Below are positions 17,342-27,761 of a stretch of DNA of 64,000 nucleotides, piece after piece. The position numbers were made by a program, and so were the translations under genes. Origin of the DNA: Candidatus Melainabacteria bacterium SSGW_16 (GTDB lineage Bacteria > Cyanobacteriota > Vampirovibrionia > 2-02-FULL-35-15); contig DUDS01000028.1 in the NCBI GenBank assembly GCA_004769085.1, positions 3,914-67,913 of the forward strand, given 5' to 3'. The notes under the pieces were generated by a model. It was not told where the DNA came from. It was given only the letters and a program-made list of their open reading frames with translations, and searched no databases. The first letter of the stretch is position 1, and every line of letters starts with the position of its first letter.

Positions 17342-20300
17342 ATGCCATCTAACAAGCATTTTTCTCTTTTGTTAATTTTTTCTGTTTTTCTTTTTTTTGT
17401 ATCTGATGCTTTTGCTGTTGATGTGGAAAAACCCGCAGGCAGAATAATAAGTATGTCAGGTGCAGTAACTATAAGATCAGGCAGCGGTTCTATTTCTGCA
17501 AAGCCGTTTCAGGAACTTAAAGAAGGGGATGTAGTTACCACAGGATCTAATTCCCGCGCTGCAATACTTCTTAGGGATGAGAGCCTGATAAAACTAAATT
17601 CTAACTCACAAATCACTATTAAAAGTGTTATTCCACTAACGAAACCTGTTTCTACAGGTGGTGATAAAACACTCTTAAAACAGGATAGTGGTGAAATGTG
17701 GATAAGAACAAAAAATAGGCCCGGGAAGCTTGAAGTTGATACAAAATCAGGCTCAGCAGCTATCAGAGGGACAGAATTTAGTATTTATGCAGATGAAAAT
17801 AAAACATTGCTTACCCTTCTGGATGGTTCGGCTGAACTTTCAAATAATCATGGCACTGTGCTTATAACACAAAATGAACAGGGGGAAGCCACCCCGGATT
17901 CTGCACCTGTAAAAAGATCCCTTACAGTAGAAGAAACGGAAAATGCAGTGCAGTGGATTTTTTATTTCCCCAAAAATCTTGGTATAGAAAAAGAAATTAT
18001 TGATTCTGATCTGGACAGTCTTATTAAAGCTTATAAAGAGAACCCAGATAAAACTGAGCCAAAAACATATCTGGGGATTAAAAAACTGGTCAGTGGGAAC
18101 TATGAAGAAGCACTTAAACTTTTTGAAGAGGCTGAAAAAATTAGTCCTGATTCAGCCTTGAATAAAGTTATGAAAAGCAGAACTTTATTTGTTCTGCACA
18201 GACAGAAAGAAGCTCTGAGTGTAATTGATGAAGCTATAAAACTAAAACCAGACTGGTACCTTCCGTATGCTGAAAAAAGCAAACTGCTTTCTACCCAGGG
18301 AGATCTCGTAAAAGCTGAAAAAGCTGCAAAAAAGTCTGTGGAACTTGATCCTGACTCCCCTGAATCCTGGATTAGTCTTGGTGAAACCCAGTATGCATTT
18401 GGAAGAGTTAAAGATGCACAGAGAAGTTTTGACAAGGCATTAAACATAGATTCTGATTTGGCAGAAGCACATATTGGGAAAGCAAAGACTTTAATAAGTC
18501 AGTTTAGAAACAATGAAGCAATTGATGAATTTTTAAGTGCTGTTTTACTTGAACCAAAATTATCGAGAGCACATCTCTATCTGGGGCAGGCATATTACCA
18601 GAATAACGATACAAAAAAAGCAATTAGTGAAATACAGGCAGCAAGAGAAATTGATCCAAATGACCCGCTTGTATTAAACAGTCTCTCAATTATTTATGAT
18701 GTTGCACATGAATATGGAATGGCACTTGAGCTTGATGAAAAGACTATTGCCATAACCCCAAATCTTCTTGAGTCAGGAGCCAGACAGAGCAGAAACCTTT
18801 CTGTGGCAAGTGGTAACTTTGGTATTCAGCCGTTAAGGTTTGGGCTTACAGACTGGGCATTTTTTCAGGCTAATAAAGCTATAAGAGAAAATCCAATTGA
18901 TGGAGCAAGTCATCTTACACTTGGGAGTATTTACAACAGTAATAGAATTGAACCAGGAATCCCAAAAGGTGATGGTCAAGGAATCGGACAGGCTCAGTTG
19001 AGCACAGGGCAGATAAGAGGACTGAGAGGGACTACCTTATCCGGCATTAATGCAAGAACTTCTACAAATGAATTTGATTTAGGACTAAATTATGCTTCAG
19101 ATTCTGAACGAGTTATAGGAAAGATCCTTTCGCCAAGTGTTATTGGTTCTCCAAATGGAAGATACAGATTTTTCAGAGCACCTGAACTTTATGTAACTGC
19201 CGATGGCTTATTTGGACAGCAGCAAATCTCACTTTTAAGTGAGGGGGGAATAAAAGCAAACGGTTACCTGGGTACACCGTTGAATTTCTATTTAAATGGT
19301 GAGTTCAGGGGTGGTTATATAAAAGATGTATTTGGTGACATTATAGGTCGTGGAAACAGATCATTTTTTAGATCTGACTTTGCATTTACCCCGTCAAAGA
19401 CACTTGATGTTATTGGCTCTTATACAAGAGCGGATGTTAATCAGAGAGTTTTTGACAGGAATTTCCCCAAAGCCAGACACCTTTTTACTCCTGATTTAAA
19501 CAATTTTGATGTGTCTTTAAACTGGCACCCTAACACCCGCAACACAATATTGAACAGATTTTTTGGCGAGATAAGTTCTACAAGGCTTGACGGGAGTACA
19601 CCAGGGCTTGGGAGTTCAATGTTATTTGCAGGTGTTTTCCCGAGGAATTATGGTTACCAGATAAGACATCTTAAAAATACTGACAAACACAGGTTTACCT
19701 GGGGAAGTGAATGGATACACTCAAATAATCCTGCTCAGGTAAAAGTTGATTTCTTAAGCATGGGCATTGTACCGCCTATTAATACCATTGGATATCTTAA
19801 AGAAAGATCAAGATATGACGTTATTACGGGCTATGTTCAGGATCTGATGAGATTCAATAAAAAAACAGATTTTGTGCTTGGTTTGAGATACGATCAAATT
19901 TTCCAAAGAACAAAGGATAATACTTTCACTCAAACAGTAATCGATGGAATGAGTTCTTTTACTGAAACCTTTGATAAAAGATTTACAGACAGAGTTTCTT
20001 TCAGCCCGCAGACAGCATTTGCTTACAGTGTTGGAGAAAATACAGTTATAAGACTTGGTTCGCAACATAAAGCATTTTATAATACTTTTCTTCCTGAGCT
20101 TGCTCCTCAGGATGTTGCCGGACTTCCATTTGGGGATCAGGCAGAATTTTTTACAAGAGGAACTGAGGGCTGGGAACATGCAGCAAGCTTTGAACACAGA
20201 GTTACAGGAGTTAAATGGCTTCAGTCTTTTGTGAAATTTAAACCATTTTATAGAAGAATGCTAGTAAGGGATTTTGACAGCATAGCTGATCATCAGGTAC

Positions 20301-20794
20301 AGAGAATAAGAAACTGGGGATTTGAAGTTAGTTATAATCAGCTTTTATATAAACAAATAGGATTTTTTGCTACATATGTTTACCAGCATATAAGAGATAG
20401 AACTCCATATAAGATTTTTTCAAACGATTTAACATTTGCTACTGCAATAGTAAATGGAAGAATACCACCACTTCAGGTTCCTAATAGATTTCGTTTTGGG
20501 TGGACATGGCATAGTCCTACAGGGATTAGTTTAAACTACATAAATACATATATTGGACCTAAGTTTGCAAGCCTAGGAGAAAAGGATAAAATCAGAGGCT
20601 ATTTTGTTGGTGATGTAAATCTTAGCTATGAATCACCAAGAACAAAAAGCTATCTGGCAACTATCGGTGTAAACAATATATATGGAGCAGCTTTCAGGCA
20701 GTCTCTGAGACAGCGGGATCCTGGAGTTACATTTTACGGGAATTTTGAAATACGCGGTGTTATACCTCTTAGCAAATACTTCTGGTGGAAGTAA
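17342..20794 (+). CDS. exported FecR-domain / TPR / C-terminal beta-rich fusion protein (1150 aa)
   Basis: Signal peptide, then a FecR-like segment (GDVVTTGSNSRAAILLRDESLIKLNSNSQI ... AAIRGTEF), several TPR repeats (aa ~230-470) and a ~650-aa aromatic/Gly-rich C-terminal region that looks barrel-like by eye. Confidence 0.75.
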   Translation: MPSNKHFSLLLIFSVFLFFVSDAFAVDVEKPAGRIISMSGAVTIRSGSGSISAKPFQELKEGDVVTTGSNSRAAILLRDESLIKLNSNSQITIKSVIPLTKPVSTGGDKTLLKQDSGEMWIRTKNRPGKLEVDTKSGSAAIRGTEFSIYADENKTLLTLLDGSAELSNNHGTVLITQNEQGEATPDSAPVKRSLTVEETENAVQWIFYFPKNLGIEKEIIDSDLDSLIKAYKENPDKTEPKTYLGIKKLVSGNYEEALKLFEEAEKISPDSALNKVMKSRTLFVLHRQKEALSVIDEAIKLKPDWYLPYAEKSKLLSTQGDLVKAEKAAKKSVELDPDSPESWISLGETQYAFGRVKDAQRSFDKALNIDSDLAEAHIGKAKTLISQFRNNEAIDEFLSAVLLEPKLSRAHLYLGQAYYQNNDTKKAISEIQAAREIDPNDPLVLNSLSIIYDVAHEYGMALELDEKTIAITPNLLESGARQSRNLSVASGNFGIQPLRFGLTDWAFFQANKAIRENPIDGASHLTLGSIYNSNRIEPGIPKGDGQGIGQAQLSTGQIRGLRGTTLSGINARTSTNEFDLGLNYASDSERVIGKILSPSVIGSPNGRYRFFRAPELYVTADGLFGQQQISLLSEGGIKANGYLGTPLNFYLNGEFRGGYIKDVFGDIIGRGNRSFFRSDFAFTPSKTLDVIGSYTRADVNQRVFDRNFPKARHLFTPDLNNFDVSLNWHPNTRNTILNRFFGEISSTRLDGSTPGLGSSMLFAGVFPRNYGYQIRHLKNTDKHRFTWGSEWIHSNNPAQVKVDFLSMGIVPPINTIGYLKERSRYDVITGYVQDLMRFNKKTDFVLGLRYDQIFQRTKDNTFTQTVIDGMSSFTETFDKRFTDRVSFSPQTAFAYSVGENTVIRLGSQHKAFYNTFLPELAPQDVAGLPFGDQAEFFTRGTEGWEHAASFEHRVTGVKWLQSFVKFKPFYRRMLVRDFDSIADHQVQRIRNWGFEVSYNQLLYKQIGFFATYVYQHIRDRTPYKIFSNDLTFATAIVNGRIPPLQVPNRFRFGWTWHSPTGISLNYINTYIGPKFASLGEKDKIRGYFVGDVNLSYESPRTKSYLATIGVNNIYGAAFRQSLRQRDPGVTFYGNFEIRGVIPLSKYFWWK

Positions 20795-20806
20795 AATAAA
20801 GCCGGT

Positions 20807-22075
20807 ATGTCTTCTTTTACCTTTATTTTCCCAAATATAATCTTAGCCCTGGTTTATGTTTTGATTACTCTTGAAAAGCTTCCCAGAGTTGTTATTGCAC
20901 TCCTTGGGGCAAGTGTTTTAATTATTTTTAAATCTATAACTCAGGAAGAAGCGTTTCATTATATAGATTTTAATGTAATTTTTCTCCTTGTCGGGATGAT
21001 GATACTTGTAAATATCCTTAGAGAAACCGGGGGAATAAGATGGCTTGCAATATGGACAGCAAAGAGAGTAAACGGCAGCGGTGTTTTGTTAATGATTTAT
21101 TTTTCACTGCTTACTGCTTTTATTTCTGCATTTCTGGATAATGTAACCACTGTAATTCTTCTTGGTTCTGTAACAGTTGCAATATCAAGAGACCTTAAAA
21201 TAAATCCAATACCATATCTTGTAAGTCAGGCAATAGCTTCAAATATTGGAGGAACAGCAACTTTAATAGGAGATCCCCCAAATATAATGATAGGTTCTGC
21301 TGCTGGACTTGGATTTAATGAGTTTATTCTTCATCTAGCACCTGTTATTTTGCTTATTTTGCCGGTTACGATTTTGACACTTTATTTAATTTATAGAAAT
21401 CAACTCACTATACCTGAATCAGCAAGGAAAGAACTAAATAAAATATCGCTTAAGGGAATAATTACAAATAAATCTCTTCTCAAAAAATCACTTATTGTAA
21501 TTATGCTTGTAGTAATTACTTTTTTCTTTCACCGTCTGCTTGGGCTTGAAGCAGGAACTATTGCTATTGCCGGGGCTTCTGTTCTTTTAATTTTTGAAAA
21601 TAAAAAACATATATGGGAGGATGTGGAGTGGACTACAATTTTCTTTTTTATAGGATTATTTATTATCGTGGGAGCTGTTGAGAAGGTAGGAACAATCAAT
21701 TATCTGGCTGATCTTATTTTTAAATTAAGTAAAGGCAGTTATGAATTTACTGTACTTGGGGTTTTATGGATGTCAGGGTTTCTTTCGGCAATAATTGACA
21801 ACATTCCTTATACTGCTACTATGATTCCTCTTATAAAACATCTTGGAGATCATTACAGTAATTTAAATCCTTTATGGTGGGCGCTTTCTCTTGGAGCATG
21901 TCTTGGGGGAAATGGAACTCTTATTGGAGCAAGTGCAAATATTGTAATAGCAGATATGGCAAGCAAACAAGGTTATAAAATTACTTTTTTAGAGTTTTTC
22001 AGGGCAGGTTTTATAGTAATGATTGAGTCTCTTTTAATTTGTAGTTTATATATATGGTTTAGGTATTTAAATTAG
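20807..22075 (+). CDS. ArsB/NhaD-superfamily (CitMHS-like) anion permease
   Basis: About 10-12 TM segments, with LDNVTTVILL and NIGGTATLIGDPPNIMIG motifs repeated in the C-terminal half (GGNGTLIGASANIV). Confidence 0.8.
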   Translation: MSSFTFIFPNIILALVYVLITLEKLPRVVIALLGASVLIIFKSITQEEAFHYIDFNVIFLLVGMMILVNILRETGGIRWLAIWTAKRVNGSGVLLMIYFSLLTAFISAFLDNVTTVILLGSVTVAISRDLKINPIPYLVSQAIASNIGGTATLIGDPPNIMIGSAAGLGFNEFILHLAPVILLILPVTILTLYLIYRNQLTIPESARKELNKISLKGIITNKSLLKKSLIVIMLVVITFFFHRLLGLEAGTIAIAGASVLLIFENKKHIWEDVEWTTIFFFIGLFIIVGAVEKVGTINYLADLIFKLSKGSYEFTVLGVLWMSGFLSAIIDNIPYTATMIPLIKHLGDHYSNLNPLWWALSLGACLGGNGTLIGASANIVIADMASKQGYKITFLEFFRAGFIVMIESLLICSLYIWFRYLN

Positions 22076-22127
22076 TGTAAATGTTCAGGCATAAAGCAGA
22101 AGAACAAATAAACCACCTGACGAGGAA

Positions 22128-22228
22128 GGTTTTGTCCAATTTATTTGGCAAAACCGTAAACTGTTAAATTTAACATATATTAAGTGCACTATGGAAAGGT
22201 GGCGAAGCGAATTATGAGCGAGCCACCT
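22128..22228 (+). repeat. Family-1 structured repeat, divergent copy F
   Basis: ggttttgtccaatttatttggcaaaacc hairpin (same tttat loop as copy A), then cactatggaaaggtggcgaagcgaattatgagcgagccacct. It retains both helices with compensatory changes. Confidence 0.55.
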
Positions 22229-22241
22229 GTGTAAAAAGAAA

Positions 22242-25200
22242 TTAATTTCCTGTAACTGTAACCAGCGGGCTGCAAGTTCCTGTAGTAGTGTTACAAAGTT
22301 TAACCTGAATTCCAGACTGAAAGCTTGAAGTAAAATAAGTAGCTCTATCATATGAAATAGGTCCGTTATTAAAACAGAGTGCTAAAGAAGGATGCATATT
22401 TGTACCAGCTGTATCTTTTAACACAGCACAGTTGCTTCCACCTAGTGAGGTCGCACTGAAATCTATAGTAACTGTACTTCCACTTATTGAAACACTGTTT
22501 AATGTTATTGTTTCTGTTGTTGTTACAGCCACCAGGCTACTGCAACTATTTGAATTGTTTTGATTGCATAACTTAACTTGTGTTCCACTTACAAGGGCAG
22601 GAGTGAAATCAGATGTAGGAAAAACAGAGTTAAAAGAGCCGACTCCGCACAGATTAGTTGACTTTAGTATGTTATTGCTTGCATCTTTGACAAGTAAGCA
22701 TGTGTAAGGATCGACACTATAAGATATTGTTGCACTTGCTCCATTAATTGAGACACTGCTAAGTGTAATCGTTTCAGATGCTCCACAACCAACTGTACTG
22801 TAGGTTTGTCCTGATGGGCAGGTGCATTTGTTTTGTGAATCATATGTAGCACTTCCGGCACATATACAAGCATCGGATCCTTGTGAAGCTTCTCCAGGAT
22901 TGCATGGTCTTTCGCATCCATTAAATGGATCATATGTTCTTCCATTGGTACAACTACATGAGCCGCCTGAACCACCAAACGTTCCATATGGACCACAGCT
23001 ACATGGATTTGACGAGTTATATCCTTCTCCTATATAACACATTCTTCTACAAGAGTTTGTGTAATTTGAATTATGATAGATAGAACCATTTGAACATTTG
23101 CAAGAACCATTTCGTCCAGTTGGTTGTGCACCGCCACCGCATGTGCAACCTGTTGCACTTTGTCCGGGGACACATTCAACAGTTCCTGTCACTGTAACCA
23201 GCTGACTACAAACATTGTAGTTATTTCCATGACATAGTTTTACTTGAATCCCTGACTGAAAACTTGAATTGAGCTCTGAAACAGATACTGTTGTTGAATT
23301 ATTTCCTGAAGTACAGAAAAGGTTCTGAGTGTGCAGTATTACATTGTTTGAGTTAAGTAAATGAGCACATGTAGAGAAGTTCTTATTATAAGTTACTGTT
23401 GCACCATTTCCACTGATTGATACGCTGCTCAGTGTTACTTGATCTTGGGAGGTAGGAGTAGGGGTCGGTGTTGGAGCAGTATTACTTATGGTAACAAGTG
23501 AGCTGCATATGGTGCTATCGTTTGATTTGCAGATTTTAACTTGGTCACCAACAATTACTGTGTGTGGGAACGTAGATATAGGTGCATTTACAGTTGTCCC
23601 CGAGGTACTTCCACAAAATAAACTGTAAAGAGTAACACCGTTTATATCCTTGAGGTATGCGCATGAACCATCATTAGGAAAACTAGTGCTAAAGGTAACT
23701 GCAAGATTACTACTACTTATAACTGCACTTGTTAGAGTTATTGTTCCTTGAGTTGAGGCAGGACATGTTGCAAGCGTAACTGCACAAGTGTTGTCAGAAC
23801 ATCTGATTGGTGTAGCTGGAGGACAGGAAATATTAGAACATTCAGCTTGTGTAACCCTGCAAGTTCCATCTGAACACTTGAATGGATAACTGGATGGGCA
23901 AGAATTTGTCCCTCCGCTATCACATGGAATAGGAGATTTAGGAGGCAGACCAACATAGCTAGCAGCAGGAGGAGGACCATTTGGACAGACAGCTACACAA
24001 CTGTTATTAGAGAAGTAAGGTAGTCCTGTAGGACAAATACATTGTGCTTCTCCTTTTCCATTTGAATTTGGCAACATGTTACCACTGCAGTTTGTAGTAG
24101 TAACTGAAGAGCAACCATATTCTTTTGTATAAGCACCGCTATTTGTTGGACAAGTACAATATCCGCTGAAACTATATCCTCCACCAGAAGGATTGCAGGT
24201 ACACCCAGCAGTACCTACAGATATACCTGGAGAACAATAATTTGTTGAGCTTGTAGTACATTTTCCAGCTTGATCAGGATAACTTTTATCTGAGCATAAA
24301 CAAGCTAACATTGGTGAATAGTTACTACCAGGTGCAGCACTACCATATGTTTGTGGGTAACCAGCTGTTAATCCTTCAGGACATTTTGCTACACAAGTAG
24401 CACTAAAACTAATAGGCTTATCATCAGGACATTTACATGGCGGATTATTACTTGGATTTGTAATATAAGGATATGGGCAATTTGTTGTAGAACTACCACA
24501 ACCATATTCTTTTGTATAGGTTTGGTTTGAAGATGAACATTTACAAAAACCTGAGTCAGAATATGCTCCGGGTCCACATGTGCAGCCTGTTGAAGTCGAT
24601 ATTCCAGGAGAGCAATAATTTGTACTGTAAGAACCGCACCCTTGGGATGAATAAGCACCGCTGTATCCCGTTGGGCATTGGCAAGGAAGTACTAGTCCGG
24701 ATGTATAACCTGGGCTTGCACATGAACAGTTGTCTTTAGCTGGTATTTCACCGGCTTCACAATTTCTCTGATTACTATTTGTACATGGAATAGGAGATTT
24801 TGGTGATAAATTCAGACTAGCAGAAGCTGGTGGAGATCCATTTGGACAACTTGCTATGCATTTTACATTATCCCAGTAAGGTAATCCTGGAGGACAAATA
24901 CACTGAGCTTCACCTGGAGTATTGTTAGGCAACATATTGCTGCCACATCTATTTTCTTTTTTACATCCATCAGGGCCTGATATAGAACCATCTTTATTGC
25001 ATCTGCAGATACCATTTTGATCTTTATATTGATCTGTCCCACATTCGTTAGTTGGTATACATTTACCACTACTGTCTTTTTTAAAACCAGGAGGACAGTT
25101 ATTTGTGATTACTATTCCAAAACACTGATTGCATTCAGGAGGTAGGTCTGATCCTGTTATATCATTGAAATCTGATGATCCAAATCCTGATGTTGGGTAT

Positions 25201-27476
25201 GGGAATGTATTCCCGTTGTTAAATATTTGTTCTAGATACTTCCTTACAAAAGGAATACTCCTGCAATATTCAGGACAGTTGTGTTCTTCGCATTTCCCTG
25301 ATGGTCCTATTGCTTTGCCTTCAGGGCATTCACAAAAACCATCTTCAGTTTCTATAAAACCTGGAGGACATTTTTTTCTGCAGATACCATTTTGATCTCT
25401 TACCAGTCCTTCTTCACAAACAGGCAGGCAAATATTTTCATAATCAATGTCAATTTCATATCCTTCCGGACAAGTATCTTTGCACAATCCAATAGCATCA
25501 AATTTTACTATTCCATTCTCGTTAAAATTATCACTGTTTCTGCACAGGCACTCTCTATAGTTATTTATAACAGGCCCTTTCCCAGGAAAAGATTGGAAGT
25601 TTGCCAGTGGAGAATTACTTACCGGTGGCAGATTTTTATTACAGCATTTTGAAGAGAATAGACTAGGTTCACGCCCTGTACAGTCAAATAACCTGCCAGC
25701 TTCTATATCACAACTTCTGTGACAATCACATACTTCACAAGTTTCAAACCCATCTGTAATTGAAGAGAAGTTATTAAATAATCCTGCACGGAAATTCTCT
25801 TCACATTGTTTATGGCATGTACTTACTTCACATTCTTCTGCGATTTTATCCGGTGTAAACTGATCAAATTTGCTTTGCGGGTTTGTGCTTAGTGGTACAC
25901 AATAAGTGTTGCCTTTTGAATTTGTTGCTGTTGTCCATGAAACAGAACTGTGACTAAAGAAATTCTGATTGTAGCAATCAGTTTCGTTTATATCTGTGCC
26001 TATTCTTGCGCAGAATGGATCCTTAACAGGTTTTACGATACATTCCGGTAGTATGGGTCCACACCTTCTGCCCTGGCATATTTTTTTTGGATCAGAGTTT
26101 CCTGAAATGGTTGAAAGTTGACTAATATTACAGAAACCCGTAGTAGGAGCTTCACATTTTGGCGGCTTAATAGCACTAAATTCAACACAGTTTACTGGGG
26201 GACAGGGCAAGCTTGATATCACCTTCTGATTAAAATCGCTCAGGACTTTTGAGTACTCATTACATGGTCTATCTTCATTTATCTCTGTAGATGCTATGCT
26301 TTCACAATATCCTTTGCCAATTAAAATGTTGTCTTCAGTACTGGCCTGGCTGATGGATTCTTTTATTAAATTAAATTCAGGGAAGAAACAATCAGTATTT
26401 TCAATAAAATTCTTGAAGTCTGAACCTATTTCATTTAAATCATTGTCATCACCGTTACATTTGTCTGAAAACTGATATATATCGCATCCAAAATCCTGGA
26501 AAGTATCTGGTTCTTCCTCTTCTGTCTGTAGTTTTTCAAGTTGATCCTTTGCTGCTTCACTGGCAAGTTCTTCATATTCTTTCCCGATTCCTGCTGTAAT
26601 GCTTGATCCATCGCTTACTTGAATAGGTTTCTTTGCTTTTAATGCATTGCTTTCAACATCATTGTTAAGAGGTGTAACTGCAAACTGATCTTTTTCTGTT
26701 ATGGCATGAATAATACCAACATCAATCTTTTCAGGGATCTCAGTAAGTGATTTTGTTTCATTTTCGTCCTTATTATTTTTAAGTCCATATTTATCGATTC
26801 CGCTGGTTCTTCCTTTTCTCAAAATGGAAGTATTTTTTAATTTATCTGCTCTTACCTCAGCAATAAATCCTCCATTCTCACCGATGGGCACTGTATTGTC
26901 CGAAATTATATTTCCATTTAAATCTTCAATTGTTACAAAACCAGATTTTGCTGATTTTACACTTCCTACAATAAGTGCTGGTGTCTGATAGTTGAATGAT
27001 TCTGAAGATACATCAAGCTCTTCTCCGGAAATTATTACTTTATAATCTCCTTTTGGTAGCGAGCTGGGTGATAATGTAATGCCAGCAGATGTTGTGGTAC
27101 TTGAAAAATTAACTGACAGATAAAGCTTGCTCTGTCCTTTTATCCTCTTTCTTTGTATGCTGATTCCGTTTGCTGGAATTTTATAATCTTTTGTTGAGTC
27201 AATAGTTGAAGCAAGATTCAGTGAGAGTCTGTTTAGACCTAACTTTCTTACTGTATTTAAAAGTGACTTTGGAAGTAGCAGTAAAATCTGATTGACATTT
27301 GGATCCAGAACACTTCCAAATATGTTTGAATTACCATTTTCGTTTATGGCCTGAATATTTGCCTGGTGTACAGTATTTGAGTTTTTCTTTTTTCCATTAG
27401 AAGCATATGATGAACAAGCAGGAATCAAAATTCCTGCTGCTAAAATAAAAGCAACAATAATAGAAAGGAATCTCAT
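22242..27476 (-). CDS. giant exported cysteine-dense repeat protein (1744 aa), possible lipoprotein
   Basis: Signal/lipobox-like ILIPAC. The N-terminal ~330 aa are Cys-poor, followed by dense CxxC/CxC modules (e.g. CPEGYEID..CLPVCEEG..GICRKKCPPGF..GFCECPEG), an internal ~285-aa duplication, a PTPTPTPT linker and four C-terminal ~85-aa 4-Cys modules. Confidence 0.85.
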   Translation of the reverse strand: MRFLSIIVAFILAAGILIPACSSYASNGKKKNSNTVHQANIQAINENGNSNIFGSVLDPNVNQILLLLPKSLLNTVRKLGLNRLSLNLASTIDSTKDYKIPANGISIQRKRIKGQSKLYLSVNFSSTTTSAGITLSPSSLPKGDYKVIISGEELDVSSESFNYQTPALIVGSVKSAKSGFVTIEDLNGNIISDNTVPIGENGGFIAEVRADKLKNTSILRKGRTSGIDKYGLKNNKDENETKSLTEIPEKIDVGIIHAITEKDQFAVTPLNNDVESNALKAKKPIQVSDGSSITAGIGKEYEELASEAAKDQLEKLQTEEEEPDTFQDFGCDIYQFSDKCNGDDNDLNEIGSDFKNFIENTDCFFPEFNLIKESISQASTEDNILIGKGYCESIASTEINEDRPCNEYSKVLSDFNQKVISSLPCPPVNCVEFSAIKPPKCEAPTTGFCNISQLSTISGNSDPKKICQGRRCGPILPECIVKPVKDPFCARIGTDINETDCYNQNFFSHSSVSWTTATNSKGNTYCVPLSTNPQSKFDQFTPDKIAEECEVSTCHKQCEENFRAGLFNNFSSITDGFETCEVCDCHRSCDIEAGRLFDCTGREPSLFSSKCCNKNLPPVSNSPLANFQSFPGKGPVINNYRECLCRNSDNFNENGIVKFDAIGLCKDTCPEGYEIDIDYENICLPVCEEGLVRDQNGICRKKCPPGFIETEDGFCECPEGKAIGPSGKCEEHNCPEYCRSIPFVRKYLEQIFNNGNTFPYPTSGFGSSDFNDITGSDLPPECNQCFGIVITNNCPPGFKKDSSGKCIPTNECGTDQYKDQNGICRCNKDGSISGPDGCKKENRCGSNMLPNNTPGEAQCICPPGLPYWDNVKCIASCPNGSPPASASLNLSPKSPIPCTNSNQRNCEAGEIPAKDNCSCASPGYTSGLVLPCQCPTGYSGAYSSQGCGSYSTNYCSPGISTSTGCTCGPGAYSDSGFCKCSSSNQTYTKEYGCGSSTTNCPYPYITNPSNNPPCKCPDDKPISFSATCVAKCPEGLTAGYPQTYGSAAPGSNYSPMLACLCSDKSYPDQAGKCTTSSTNYCSPGISVGTAGCTCNPSGGGYSFSGYCTCPTNSGAYTKEYGCSSVTTTNCSGNMLPNSNGKGEAQCICPTGLPYFSNNSCVAVCPNGPPPAASYVGLPPKSPIPCDSGGTNSCPSSYPFKCSDGTCRVTQAECSNISCPPATPIRCSDNTCAVTLATCPASTQGTITLTSAVISSSNLAVTFSTSFPNDGSCAYLKDINGVTLYSLFCGSTSGTTVNAPISTFPHTVIVGDQVKICKSNDSTICSSLVTISNTAPTPTPTPTSQDQVTLSSVSISGNGATVTYNKNFSTCAHLLNSNNVILHTQNLFCTSGNNSTTVSVSELNSSFQSGIQVKLCHGNNYNVCSQLVTVTGTVECVPGQSATGCTCGGGAQPTGRNGSCKCSNGSIYHNSNYTNSCRRMCYIGEGYNSSNPCSCGPYGTFGGSGGSCSCTNGRTYDPFNGCERPCNPGEASQGSDACICAGSATYDSQNKCTCPSGQTYSTVGCGASETITLSSVSINGASATISYSVDPYTCLLVKDASNNILKSTNLCGVGSFNSVFPTSDFTPALVSGTQVKLCNQNNSNSCSSLVAVTTTETITLNSVSISGSTVTIDFSATSLGGSNCAVLKDTAGTNMHPSLALCFNNGPISYDRATYFTSSFQSGIQVKLCNTTTGTCSPLVTVTGN

Positions 27477-27761
27477 TAATTAAAGCTTGATAAGGATTAA
27501 AGCTTTCAATAGTGATTTACCTCACGTATAACCTGCAAGAAGAGGGATAGCAGTACTTAAGATCAATTTCAGAAAAAGCGTCTTTAACTAAAATTCTTTT
27601 TAATCTAATTAATCTAATAATTTATAAGAAGTTATTCTTATAGGGGAATCCCTATTGTATGAGATTTAAAATCTCACCAAAGATAATATTTTTGTTTAAA
27701 AATATTTTTATCTTTTACTTAAAATGTGTCCAGTGAATTTCTTAATTCTTAAAGCTGCATT

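Noticed and set aside
22085-22351. 88-aa ORF spanning repeat copy F and the 3' end of the giant gene
   Set aside because: It overlaps the repeat and the out-of-frame end of the 1744-aa gene, and has no features.
22664-25652. Multiple 60-110-aa ORFs inside the 1744-aa gene on both strands
   Set aside because: They are compositional artefacts of a long Cys/Gly/Thr/Pro-rich gene, each nested in the 5.2-kb ORF.
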